A stretch of 64,000 nt of DNA from a bacterium (GTDB lineage: Bacteria > Actinomycetota > Acidimicrobiia > Acidimicrobiales > Bin134), in NCBI GenBank assembly GCA_026709025.1, contig JAPOTT010000019.1, positions 20,094 through 84,093 on the forward strand, in the 5' to 3' direction. Of this stretch, positions 9,696 to 20,879 are shown one piece after another; the first letter of the stretch is position 1, and each line of letters starts with the position of its first letter. The position numbers and the translations under genes were made by a program. The notes beneath the pieces are model-generated. The model ran no database searches. It worked only from the letters and a program-made list of their open reading frames with translations, and was not told the origin of the DNA.

Positions 9696-12161
9696 CTAGC
9701 AGTCTTGGTCACCAACAAAAACAGGCGCAATAGCTGCCAAGGTCGCCCCATCTGGTAACGACATCATTCGCACCCCCGAGGCATAAGCGCCCTGCACTGA
9801 AACCGTAGACACCTCCAAGCGAATTGTCACCCCATTAGATGCCACAGCAAACACCTCGTCTCCAGCAGCTACCACCCGAGCTGCCACTACTGTGCCACGT
9901 TCTTTTTTCATTGCAATAGCCTTGGAGCCAATACCACCTCGGTGCTTAGTACGAAACTCATTCAAAGCAACACGCTTGGCAAAGCCTTTGCTTGTTACCA
10001 ACAACATTTCAGCTGCTGGCTGTACCGCAGTGGCTGCCACCACGGTATCTCCGTCTCGTAGCTTAATTCCTCGAACACCGAATGAGCCCCTGCCAGTAGA
10101 CCGCACCTCATTTTCATCAAACCGCATCAACTTTCCAAAACCGCTTACCAAACAAATATCATCAGAACCAGTAGTGGGAATCACCCGCACAAGCTGATCA
10201 CCTTCCCGCAGCTTAAGCGCTATCAACCCTTTCGTACGGCTTTTATCATATTCTAAAAACTTCGTTCGCTTCACTAAACCATTTTTAGTAGCAAACAATA
10301 AATAGCGCATAGTCTCATAATCACGAGTATCAATCACAGCTGATATGGTTTCATCTGGAGCTAGCTGTAATAGGTTCACGATAGCTATGCCTCTTGCAGT
10401 TCTGCTAGTACGAGGCACTTCATGGGCTTTGATACGGAATACTCTACCCATGTTAGTAAAAAACAATAAGTACGCATGAGCTGTTGTATGGATAAGATTA
10501 ACAATATAATCATCATCCTTGAGGTTAGCGCCAATCACTCCTTTACCACCACGACCTTGAGTTTTAAACTCATCAGGCACAACTGTTTTAGCATATCCAG
10601 CAGCTGTCAAGCTAAACATCAACTCTTCATCATTAATAAGAGCTTCGATATCAATATCACCTGAATCTGGTACAATTTGAGTTTGTCGCTCGGTAGCATA
10701 AGCTGCTTGTACTTCAGTAAGTTCTGAACAAATTACAGAACGTAGTTTAGCATCGCTAGCTAAAATAGATTCTAATTCTGCAATTTCTTCGCGCTTTAAA
10801 GCAAGTTCATCAGCTAGCTCTTTACGACCAAGCTGTGTAAGTCGTCCTAATGGCATATCTAAAATATGGTTAGCTTGAATCTCAGTAAATTCAAAATCTT
10901 CTGCCATTAGAGTATTACGAGCAGCAGCCCGGTTTTCAGATTGTCTGATTGCAGATATGATCTCATCAATCATATCTGTAGCTCTAACTAATCCTTCTAA
11001 AATATGTGCTCGATGTTGAGCTTCAGCCAAGCGGTGTTCAGTACGCCGTCGCACCACTTCTTGTTGGTGATTGGCATAAGCAGATAGACAATCTCGTAGT
11101 GTCATTGTGCGCGGTATACCATCTACCAGCGCCACCATATTAACAGCAAAGTTAGTTTGTAATGGAGAGTGTTTATATAAGTTATTAAGTACTATTAGAT
11201 CAGATGCATCTCGTTTCAGATCAAATACTAATCTAATTTTACCTTTTGCCGATTCATTATGGATTTGTCTGATACCATCTATAACTCGTTTATTAACAAG
11301 TTCTGCTACCTTTTTCTCAATAGCTTCAGCACTAGTTTGATAAGGAATCTCAGTTACCAAAATAGATTTATTCTTACCATTATCAATAATCTCAGCATTC
11401 GCACGTATCCGGATTGATCCATTACCTGTGATATAGGCTTCACGAATACCCTTATATCCCATGATACAACCCTTAGTAGGAAAATCTGGTGCCTTTACAA
11501 ATTTCATCAAATCTTCAGTAGTTGCTTCAGGATTGTCTAATAAATGAACAACCGCATCAATAACCTCACCTAAATTATGTGGTGGGATATTAGTAGCCAT
11601 ACCTACTGCAATTCCTTGGCTTCCGTTCACTAAAAGATTAGGAAATCGTGAAGGTAATACCTTTGGTTCTTGTTCTGTTGCATCAAAGTTTTCAGTAAAA
11701 TCTACTGTTTGTTCGTTGATACCATCTAGCAAGCGCATAGCTAGATCATCTAAACGACACTCGGTATAGCGCATAGCTGCAGGAGGCTCGTTTGGTGTCC
11801 CAAAATTACCATGTGGATCAATCAATGGATGGCGCAATGAAAAGTTCTGACCTAAACGAACCAGTGCTTCATAAATAGCTTGATCGCCATGCGGGTGATA
11901 CTTACCCATTACATCACCTACTACTCGAGCACACTTCACATACGGGCGATTAGGCCGATGGCCCTGATCGTACATTCCCCAAAGAATACGGCGATGCACA
12001 GGCTTAAGACCATCACGAACATCGGGCAATGCCCGCGATGTGATTACCGACATAGCGTAATCCAAAAAGGACTGCTCCATCTCGGTTTGAATTTCTATAT
12101 CCTGAACTGCTTCAACAAAAGCAGATTGAGGTTGCTGAGAATCTTCAAGCTCCTCGGACAC
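9696..12161 (-). CDS. gyrA: DNA gyrase subunit A
   Basis: 821-aa ORF with DGLKPVHRRILWGM and YHPHGD motifs and C-terminal beta-pinwheel repeats. Confidence 0.97.
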   Translation of the reverse strand: MSEELEDSQQPQSAFVEAVQDIEIQTEMEQSFLDYAMSVITSRALPDVRDGLKPVHRRILWGMYDQGHRPNRPYVKCARVVGDVMGKYHPHGDQAIYEALVRLGQNFSLRHPLIDPHGNFGTPNEPPAAMRYTECRLDDLAMRLLDGINEQTVDFTENFDATEQEPKVLPSRFPNLLVNGSQGIAVGMATNIPPHNLGEVIDAVVHLLDNPEATTEDLMKFVKAPDFPTKGCIMGYKGIREAYITGNGSIRIRANAEIIDNGKNKSILVTEIPYQTSAEAIEKKVAELVNKRVIDGIRQIHNESAKGKIRLVFDLKRDASDLIVLNNLYKHSPLQTNFAVNMVALVDGIPRTMTLRDCLSAYANHQQEVVRRRTEHRLAEAQHRAHILEGLVRATDMIDEIISAIRQSENRAAARNTLMAEDFEFTEIQANHILDMPLGRLTQLGRKELADELALKREEIAELESILASDAKLRSVICSELTEVQAAYATERQTQIVPDSGDIDIEALINDEELMFSLTAAGYAKTVVPDEFKTQGRGGKGVIGANLKDDDYIVNLIHTTAHAYLLFFTNMGRVFRIKAHEVPRTSRTARGIAIVNLLQLAPDETISAVIDTRDYETMRYLLFATKNGLVKRTKFLEYDKSRTKGLIALKLREGDQLVRVIPTTGSDDICLVSGFGKLMRFDENEVRSTGRGSFGVRGIKLRDGDTVVAATAVQPAAEMLLVTSKGFAKRVALNEFRTKHRGGIGSKAIAMKKERGTVVAARVVAAGDEVFAVASNGVTIRLEVSTVSVQGAYASGVRMMSLPDGATLAAIAPVFVGDQDC

Positions 12162-12208
12162 TACAATCCCTTCATGTTAGTAAACAGCCGAATACCAGTA
12201 AACCTAAG

Positions 12209-14206
<1,998 letters not shown>

Positions 14207-14283
14207 TCATTTTAGCAGCACTTATCCCGTAAGTGGCTCAAGCTACGGGAAGTCTTTAGGATATTTTGGATGTGCTGTTGAAC

Positions 14284-14628
14284 CTATGCAATCGGACGCA
14301 CCCTCACCCTCACCACCTCCACTGACTCAGCTGTCGAGATCGCATTAATACGGCTCATTAACTCAGCACTAAAAAACCGCACCTCAGCAGCCCATACAGG
14401 ATCGTCTACTTCAACAACCAACTCACCTTCTCGTAACCACACTGGAGTAGAATGGCTTGCAATAGCTGAGCCAACCAGATCATCCCAAGAATCAAAAACA
14501 GCTTGCAGCACTTGGACACCTGGTACATGCAAATTAGAAGTTAAATCTTCTAATATCTCAACAATAGGTTGAGGTTCAGAAAAATCTTTCAAAGGTTCCC
14601 AAGTCATAAAAAAGTGTACTCCAAACAC
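14284..14628 (-). CDS. DUF721 (DciA-like) protein
   Basis: 114-aa ORF between recF and gyrB. The pattern WDDLVGSAIASHSTPVWLREGELVVEVDDPVWAAEVRFFSAELMSRIN matches DUF721. Confidence 0.6.
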   Translation of the reverse strand: MFGVHFFMTWEPLKDFSEPQPIVEILEDLTSNLHVPGVQVLQAVFDSWDDLVGSAIASHSTPVWLREGELVVEVDDPVWAAEVRFFSAELMSRINAISTAESVEVVRVRVRPIA

Positions 14629-14631
14629 ACA

Positions 14632-15738
14632 TTACCGTTCGCGACTTATCTGTCCTTTAGCTACTCGAAAGTAAGAATTATATTTCAAACCGGTAGGCAA
14701 ATCTCCAGCGGTAGTTAAGAAAGTTTGTTCAGCACTCAAAGCTGCTAGCACTCCCCTAGTACGTGTAGGATCAAGCTCAGAAAAAACATCATCCAACAAT
14801 AAGAGCGGTGACTCTCCAGTAACCTCTTCTAAAGTGCGATGAACTGCTAAACGTAAGCACAGCGCCAACAAACGCTGTTCTCCTTGTGATGCGTGAGTAC
14901 GCGCTGGTCTATTATGAATATAAATTGCTAACTCATCACGATGAGGACCTACTGTTGTTACTCCTCTACGAATATCTTCATGCCGTACCATAGCTAAAGC
15001 TTCGTGGAGACTGCCTTGATTCCATTTAGCTTGATATTCTAGATGAATCTTTGTGTTTTGTGCAGCAATTTCTTGGTAACTCTGACATATATATGGTTCT
15101 AATTGAAAAATTAGATCACGGCGAGCTTCACATAGCTTTTCACCTACCTCTGCAAACTTGTGATCCCAAATATCTAAAGTGGTTTCTTCTTCAATAGATA
15201 ATTTACTTTTTACCTGACGTAGCAAAGCATTACGTTGACGCAAAATATTATCTATATCTGTTTTGAGCGTTTCCAAATGTGGATTTATTTGAACCAGAGC
15301 ATCATCCAAAAAACGGCGCCGATCACTTGGAGAACCCTTTACAAGCACTAGATCATCTGGCATAAAAACAGAAATAGGCATCAAATCCAATAAATCACGC
15401 CGTTTAACTTTTTGACGATTTAAGTGGACTACTGCCCGACCGTCTTTTTTGACTAAAGCTTCAATCAGTAACTTACGATCAGAAATAAATACTTCACCCC
15501 GAACAATAGCTTCGGTTGATTCTAAAGCTACTTTGTCAGAAATCTCAGATCGACTAACAAGTACTTCAGTAGAAGTAGATCGGAATGATCGCATAGTTAT
15601 TAAATAAAATATTGCCTCTAAAAGATTTGTCTTTCCTTGCCCATTGCTTCCAACAAATAGAGAAATACCTTTAGATAACTCTAACTCTAATGCCGGATAA
15701 TTCCGAAAATTAGAAAGATATAATCTATGTAAATACAC
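14632..15738 (-). CDS. recF: DNA replication/repair protein RecF
   Basis: 368-aa ORF with Walker A GSNGQGKTNLLEAI, signature SQGEQRLLAL and Walker B LLLLDDVFSELD. Confidence 0.95.
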   Translation of the reverse strand: MYLHRLYLSNFRNYPALELELSKGISLFVGSNGQGKTNLLEAIFYLITMRSFRSTSTEVLVSRSEISDKVALESTEAIVRGEVFISDRKLLIEALVKKDGRAVVHLNRQKVKRRDLLDLMPISVFMPDDLVLVKGSPSDRRRFLDDALVQINPHLETLKTDIDNILRQRNALLRQVKSKLSIEEETTLDIWDHKFAEVGEKLCEARRDLIFQLEPYICQSYQEIAAQNTKIHLEYQAKWNQGSLHEALAMVRHEDIRRGVTTVGPHRDELAIYIHNRPARTHASQGEQRLLALCLRLAVHRTLEEVTGESPLLLLDDVFSELDPTRTRGVLAALSAEQTFLTTAGDLPTGLKYNSYFRVAKGQISRER

Positions 15739-15752
15739 TCAACTCCTGAAAC

Positions 15753-16847
15753 TCAACTAACTCGCACAGGCATCAGCAAATAAAGATAATCATTGACTCC
15801 AGAAGCCCTCATAACAGCAGGTTTCAATGCATCCACAGTATTGAGAACAATCTCCTCACCAGGTGTTGCTTGTACTCCATTAATTAGATATTCAGGATTA
15901 AAAGCGACAACCAAATCTTCACCTTCATAAGTAGCATTTAGAGTTTCAACTACTTGTCCAATTCCTTCTTGAACAGCTGATAGTTCTAATCTATCAGCTG
16001 TCATATCTAAACGAATTGGTGTAGAATCTAGTGCCATCAACTTCACTCGCCGTATAGCACCTATAAGAGCTTCCTTATTAACAGATAAACTATTTGGTTG
16101 ATGATCTGGAATAAGACCTTGATAATTAGGAAAGTCTCCCTCAATCAGACGAGTAATAATAGTTACATTATCAATGCCAAATGCTGCTTCTTGATCACTA
16201 AACCATAGATTTACTTCTTCAGCATCATCAAGTAACCTAATCACCTCTTGCAAAGCACGAGCTGGTATTATCATACTGTTCCCAGATTCTAATACCTCCA
16301 CACCTGCTAAATCACAAAGCGCTAACCTGTATGAATCTGTTGTTACCAAACGAAGACCATTCTCATCTGCCTCTAATAAAACACCTGTAAGTACTGGTCT
16401 AGACTCATCTGTAGATGCTGCATGAACAACCTGGCGCATTGCAGCTAGTAATATTTCTGCTTTTACAACAACAGGATCGCCTTCAAGCAACTTTACAACT
16501 GGAAAATCATCTACATTCATCGTACTCAAGCTAAAATGACATTGTGCTGAATCAACCTTCAAAATTTCTTCGCTGAGCTCAATATCTACTGCTCCGATAT
16601 CTAACGACCTAGTAACATCGCTAGCTAAACGAGCAGGCGGTAAAGCTTTGCCGTCGCTTTGTCCGTTAACAGCTAACAGTACTCGAATAGAAAGCTCCCT
16701 GTCTGTAGCAGTTAAGGCAAGCTCATCTCCTGTTAGTGCAAGATGAATACCTGTTAGTGACAGTTGAAATCCACCTTTGTTGCCAGCAGCTCTTGCACTT
16801 GTTGTTAGCGCATTTACAAGTGAGTCTCTTTCAGATCTAAATTTCAC
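15753..16847 (-). CDS. dnaN: DNA polymerase III beta sliding clamp
   Basis: 364-aa ORF between dnaA and recF, with a typical N-terminus (MKFRSERDSLVNAL) and C-terminus (YLLMPVRVS). Confidence 0.95.
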   Translation of the reverse strand: MKFRSERDSLVNALTTSARAAGNKGGFQLSLTGIHLALTGDELALTATDRELSIRVLLAVNGQSDGKALPPARLASDVTRSLDIGAVDIELSEEILKVDSAQCHFSLSTMNVDDFPVVKLLEGDPVVVKAEILLAAMRQVVHAASTDESRPVLTGVLLEADENGLRLVTTDSYRLALCDLAGVEVLESGNSMIIPARALQEVIRLLDDAEEVNLWFSDQEAAFGIDNVTIITRLIEGDFPNYQGLIPDHQPNSLSVNKEALIGAIRRVKLMALDSTPIRLDMTADRLELSAVQEGIGQVVETLNATYEGEDLVVAFNPEYLINGVQATPGEEIVLNTVDALKPAVMRASGVNDYLYLLMPVRVS

Positions 16848-17088
16848 AGGCTCTGCCTTCTTTCTTACCTGTATTAATTTAAAAAACTAACAGCCCTAGT
16901 AGGGCACTGGATATGTGGAAAAAGGATATTTTCCCTGCTCATAGTAGGTGCAAGCAGTTTTTGGATATCCCCAAGAGAGTTGATTACTATGGTAGTGATG
17001 ATTGGTGTTGTGGAAGCAGCTATGGTTGTTCCCTGCATTGAGGTTCTATTCCCCAGCTTTTCCACAATATTATCCGCAAGCATTATGA
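16848..17088. other. Candidate oriC module (dnaA-dnaN spacer) with DnaA-box-like 9-mers and an AT tract
   Basis: Boxes: TGTGGAAAA 16914-16922, TGTGGAAGC 17009-17017, TTTTCCACA 17058-17066, TTATCCGCA 17070-17078 (consensus TTATCCACA). AT tract gtattaatttaaaaaactaa at 16871-16890. The dnaA-dnaN spacer is the usual actinobacterial oriC location. Confidence 0.6.
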
Positions 17089-18522
17089 TTAGCTATTCTT
17101 GATATTATGGATAAGTTCGTTGACTTGATTAAAGGTCTCTGGATCTTCGGTGATTTGTTTTTCGATTTTTTGAACAGCGTGAATCACTGTGGTGTGATCA
17201 CGGTCTCCAAAAACTCTACCGATATCTGGATAGCTTAGGTCGGTTACATTGCGAAATACATACATAGCTACCTGTCTTGCTTTTACTAGTGGTCTTTTTC
17301 TGTAAGGACCGATGATATCATCGACACGGATTCTAAACATCTCAGAAGTAGCCTGTAGGATGTGATCTGAAGTTATTATCTCTGGCTGGTAGCTTGAAGT
17401 GATATCGCGAAGCACTCGCCTTGCTAGATCTAGATCAAGGGATTGTTTATTGAAAGTCGAATAAGCTGTGAGACGAGTTAGTGCTCCTTCAAGTTCTCGT
17501 ATGTTATCTTTGATGTTGCTAGCTACAAAAATAAGCACTTCGTCTTTAATTTTACAATTAACGAGTTCAGCTTTCTTTCTCAGGATAGCTAATCTGGTTT
17601 CGAGATCAGGTGGTTGGATATCGGTTAGCAATCCCATCTTGAAGCGACTTGTCATCCTATCTTCCAAAGTTGATATTGCATCAGGAGGACGATCGCTGGT
17701 TAAGACAATTTGTTTGTTTACTTCATGTAGAGAGTTAAATGTATGAAAAAACTCCTCTTGAAGTGCTTCTTTTCCTTCTAAAAATTGAATATCATCTACT
17801 AGTAGTACATCAACTTGCCTATAAATCTTTTTAAACTCTAATGTAGTGTTACTTCTAATTGCATCCACAAATTGATTTAAAAGACTTTCTGTTGATACAT
17901 AGAGGATTTTTTTAATAGGATTCCGAGGATCAGCTACATAATGATGTCGTACATAGTGACCGATAGCTTGTAGTAGATGGGTTTTACCTAACCCAGCATG
18001 GCCATGAATAAAAAGTGGATTGTATGATTGTCCTGGAGCTTCAGCTACAGATAAAGCTGCGGCTAATGCAAATCTATTTGAAGGGCCGGTTACAAACTTA
18101 TCAAACACGTAATTAGGATGAAGTCCATCAAAATTATCTGATTGAGTTTTATGGTTTTTTAATTCGGAAGTAGCTTGAAATTGCTTAGTATCTGCATTTT
18201 GCTGGGTGCATGAGATGTTATTGTCAAGATTGAGATTATTAGCAGATGAGGAGACACTAGGGTCGGCGTATGTTTGCGTGTCTGTGGTGATACGTAGGCT
18301 AATCGGTCTTGAATTAGCATTTTTTAGTGCCTTATGTATAAGAGCAGCCAAATCACCTTCTAAGCGATCTCGTATGAGGTTGTTTGGAACTGCGATTTCT
18401 AATACATCTTCCTCAAGGGAAATTGGCTTAGTTTGGGCGAAAGTTGATTGCCAAACGGCATCTGGCACTTGAGACCGGATAAGGGTTGTACAAGAAGACC
18501 AGAGATGCGTTGGTGAAACCAT
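17089..18522 (-). CDS. dnaA: Chromosomal replication initiator DnaA
   Basis: AAA+ motifs (GHAGLGKTHLLQAIG, LLVDDIQFL) and a C-terminal DNA-binding domain (HTTVIHAVQKI). The start is moved to the ATG at 18522 (MVSPTHLW...), because the ORF-track extension to 18651 runs through a DnaA-box cluster. Confidence 0.95.
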   Translation of the reverse strand: MVSPTHLWSSCTTLIRSQVPDAVWQSTFAQTKPISLEEDVLEIAVPNNLIRDRLEGDLAALIHKALKNANSRPISLRITTDTQTYADPSVSSSANNLNLDNNISCTQQNADTKQFQATSELKNHKTQSDNFDGLHPNYVFDKFVTGPSNRFALAAALSVAEAPGQSYNPLFIHGHAGLGKTHLLQAIGHYVRHHYVADPRNPIKKILYVSTESLLNQFVDAIRSNTTLEFKKIYRQVDVLLVDDIQFLEGKEALQEEFFHTFNSLHEVNKQIVLTSDRPPDAISTLEDRMTSRFKMGLLTDIQPPDLETRLAILRKKAELVNCKIKDEVLIFVASNIKDNIRELEGALTRLTAYSTFNKQSLDLDLARRVLRDITSSYQPEIITSDHILQATSEMFRIRVDDIIGPYRKRPLVKARQVAMYVFRNVTDLSYPDIGRVFGDRDHTTVIHAVQKIEKQITEDPETFNQVNELIHNIKNS

Positions 18523-18867
18523 ACCGGTACATACTCCATAGTTAAATTGTAGTATCCACAGTTGTGAATAAGCTGTGGATAACAGGGCGACTATTATATG
18601 TTCCTCACATCGAGTTAGCACCTTCTCGCTGAGGTAGTAGGACTGTAGCACTCACTGTGTCTAGTTGCATTAGGAAAGCGAAACTTTTATGAAGTAATTT
18701 GCCTGTTACTGATGTGTATAATGTGGGTAATGTTGTTTTAGTAAATTATTGGGCTTACTGTTTGTCGTTTTGCCACAAATATTGTAAAATTGACCGCTAC
18801 TCATGCATGGGCCTTTATGAGACAGGTCTAGCAGAACCACCAGATGGTATAATTTTGGCTTGGAGGA
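18523..18867. promoter_or_regulatory. DnaA-box cluster in the dnaA-rpmH divergent spacer (dnaA promoter/autoregulation or second oriC module)
   Basis: Boxes: GTATCCACA 18552-18560, TGTGAATAA 18563-18571, TGTGGATAA 18574-18582, TGTGTATAA 18713-18721, TGTGGGTAA 18722-18730. Each has 0-1 mismatch to TTATCCACA or its complement. Confidence 0.6.
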
Positions 18868-19005
18868 ATGGTGAAGCGTACTTTTCAGCCCAACGTGCGG
18901 CGGCGATCGCGGCGACACGGTTTTAGGCACAGGATGTTGACCCGGAGTGGTCGGGCCATCATTAATGCAAGGCGCCGACGTGGTCGGAAGAGGTTGTCAG
19001 CCTGA
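18868..19005 (+). CDS. rpmH: 50S ribosomal protein L34
   Basis: Not in the ORF track (45 aa). My translation is [51 protein letters not shown] lies immediately upstream of the ATG (2-nt spacer). Confidence 0.9.
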   Translation: MVKRTFQPNVRRRSRRHGFRHRMLTRSGRAIINARRRRGRKRLSA

Positions 19006-19073
19006 TTAATAGTTTAACAGGTCGTTTTGCGTATTCTCAGTTACGTGCCTCTGGCTCTCGTATTGCTTGTGGT

Positions 19074-19367
19074 GTGGTGTGGATACAATATCTGCTGGAA
19101 CCAGATATGCAGGTAGCGCAGATTGGTTATGCCTTGCCGCGACGCTTAGGTCCAGCTGTGGTGCGCAACAAAATTCGCCGCAGGCTAAGGCACATAGTGA
19201 CAGATATTGACAAGACCATGCCCGAGGGGCTGATGGGTGGCTGCTATCTCATTGGGGTACGTCGTGGAATCCATGAGACCCATTACGAGGACTTGCGGAT
19301 GTCTGTAAACGATTGCTTTTCTGCGATGGAACGCTCTAGCAGTGCTCAAGTTGCTGGAGATAGGTAG
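19074..19367 (+). CDS. rnpA: Ribonuclease P protein component
   Basis: Conserved RnpA core ALPRRLGPAVVRNKIRRRLRHIV. The open frame continues upstream to about 19002 ([24 protein letters not shown]), so the true start may be a non-ATG codon near the rpmH stop. Confidence 0.8.
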   Translation: MVWIQYLLEPDMQVAQIGYALPRRLGPAVVRNKIRRRLRHIVTDIDKTMPEGLMGGCYLIGVRRGIHETHYEDLRMSVNDCFSAMERSSSAQVAGDR

Positions 19368-19372
19368 CTGTT

Positions 19373-19648
19373 ATGAAACTTTGGGCTAGAAAGGCGCTTG
19401 GTATGATGATTGTGGCTTATCAACGTGCCACTGATCATCGACCCTCTCCATGTCGCTATGTACCGAGTTGTTCCTACTATGCAGCTGAGGCCTTAGAAAC
19501 TCATGGCGCTACTAAAGGCACTTGGTTGACACTGCGTCGCTTGTTGCGATGTAGACCTGGTGGTCCATCTGGGTGGGACCCGGTACCAGATCGGAACGGT
19601 AATTTGGCCCCAGACCCTACTGCTAGTAAGGCTGCTAACCGTGTTTGA
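19373..19648 (+). CDS. yidD: Membrane protein insertion efficiency factor YidD
   Basis: 91-aa ORF with CRYVPSCSYYAAEALETHG...RCRPGGPSGWDPVP. Confidence 0.85.
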   Translation: MKLWARKALGMMIVAYQRATDHRPSPCRYVPSCSYYAAEALETHGATKGTWLTLRRLLRCRPGGPSGWDPVPDRNGNLAPDPTASKAANRV

Positions 19649-20876
19649 CAACATTTTTGATGGGCTGTTTGATGGTCTGGCTTGGTTGTTGGCCCTGTAC
19701 TACTTGGCCGGTCATAGCTTTGGTTTTGCCATCATCTTGTTCACCCTCACGGTGATGCTGTTGCTTACCCCACTGACGCTATACACCACTCGTTCAATGC
19801 TTCGGATGCAGGCATTGCAGCCTCAGTTGAAAAAATTGCAGGCGCAGTATCGTGGCGATCGGCAACGGATGAATGAGGAGATGATGCGCCTGTATCAGTC
19901 GCATAACGTGAATCCACTAGGCAGTTGTTTACCTATTCTTCCTCAAATACCAGTATTCTTTGTACTTTTTAGATTAATACAAGGTCTTACAAGACGTGTA
20001 AGCGATCTTGGGGCTCATGCTGGCTTTGGGCTGTTGCCGCGTAGTAATAACTTTGCTGTAGAACCTGAGTTTGCTGAACGGCGATTTAACCCTGAATACC
20101 TAGCTGCCGATTCAGAACTCAGAAACACTCTTGAGACCAGCACCGAGATGAACTTTTTGGGTATCGATTTATCTGCCACGGTTATAGGTGCTTTACGAGA
20201 ATCCTTTACGTCGGCTTTACCTTTGCTGCTGCTGATTGTGCTGATTGGTGTGACAAGCTATGTGCAGCAGCGGCAGATTGCCGGTCGACGTGACCCTGAT
20301 GCGCCTGTAAACCCCCAGCAGCAGATGCTCATGCGAGTGATGCCATGGTTTTTACCGCTGATTTCCTTAAACTTTCCAGCAGCACTGAACTTGTACTTTG
20401 TGACTTCAAACGTTGTGAGGGTGGGTCAACAAGCTGTTATTACACGTCGGATCTATCGGCCGCATCAAGAGCGTGAAGCTCTCAAGCAAGATAATAGTAC
20501 TGAGGAATCTGGGGCAGACATCGTTGATACAGTTGCAGAACCTCGACAGCCTGCACGAGCAGCGCGTGGCCCACAAGTAGATCATGGCACTCGGCGCCCA
20601 ACTACTAGGACTCCTCCGAAACGTCGAACCGAAAGCCGCCGCACAACTGATAGAGACGTAAGATCAGCAGCTCGATCCTCTGAGTCAACGTTAGACAAGT
20701 CAACAAACTCTACTTCAAGCAAATCAAATGATTCACAAAGCAAGCAAGGGCGACGTGGCGGATCTAAGATTTCAAATGAAACACCTTCAACGCCTCAATC
20801 AAGTCGAACTACTCAAAAGGGTCATCAGTCTCATCCAACCGATCGCAGACGTCAGCGCAAGAAGAGGAGAAAATAG
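19641..20876 (+). CDS. yidC: Membrane protein insertase YidC with a long basic C-terminal tail
   Basis: I start it at the GTG at 19641, overlapping the yidD stop (VFDNIFDGLFDGLAWLL...). YidC core motifs are present (MQALQPQLKKLQAQY, NPLGSCLPILPQIPVFF). The C-terminal ~130 aa are R/K/S/T-rich. Confidence 0.9.
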   Translation: MFDNIFDGLFDGLAWLLALYYLAGHSFGFAIILFTLTVMLLLTPLTLYTTRSMLRMQALQPQLKKLQAQYRGDRQRMNEEMMRLYQSHNVNPLGSCLPILPQIPVFFVLFRLIQGLTRRVSDLGAHAGFGLLPRSNNFAVEPEFAERRFNPEYLAADSELRNTLETSTEMNFLGIDLSATVIGALRESFTSALPLLLLIVLIGVTSYVQQRQIAGRRDPDAPVNPQQQMLMRVMPWFLPLISLNFPAALNLYFVTSNVVRVGQQAVITRRIYRPHQEREALKQDNSTEESGADIVDTVAEPRQPARAARGPQVDHGTRRPTTRTPPKRRTESRRTTDRDVRSAARSSESTLDKSTNSTSSKSNDSQSKQGRRGGSKISNETPSTPQSSRTTQKGHQSHPTDRRRQRKKRRK

Positions 20877-20879
20877 TAG

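Noticed and set aside
16874-17083. 69-aa minus-strand ORF filling the dnaA-dnaN spacer
   Set aside because: It lies entirely within the DnaA-box/AT-rich candidate oriC and has no recognisable motif, so it is most likely non-coding.
18523-18651. ORF-track N-terminal extension of dnaA (start at 18651)
   Set aside because: The extra 43 codons (MLQSYYLSEKVLTRCEEHIIVALLSTAYSQLWILQFNYGVCTG) run through the triple DnaA-box cluster at 18552-18582 and look nothing like a DnaA domain I. The ATG at 18522 (MVSPTHLW...) is a better start.
18699-18930. 75-aa (+) and 74-aa (-) ORFs in the dnaA-rpmH spacer
   Set aside because: Both overlap the real rpmH gene (18868-19005, a different frame) and the DnaA-box region. 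Their translations are low-quality.
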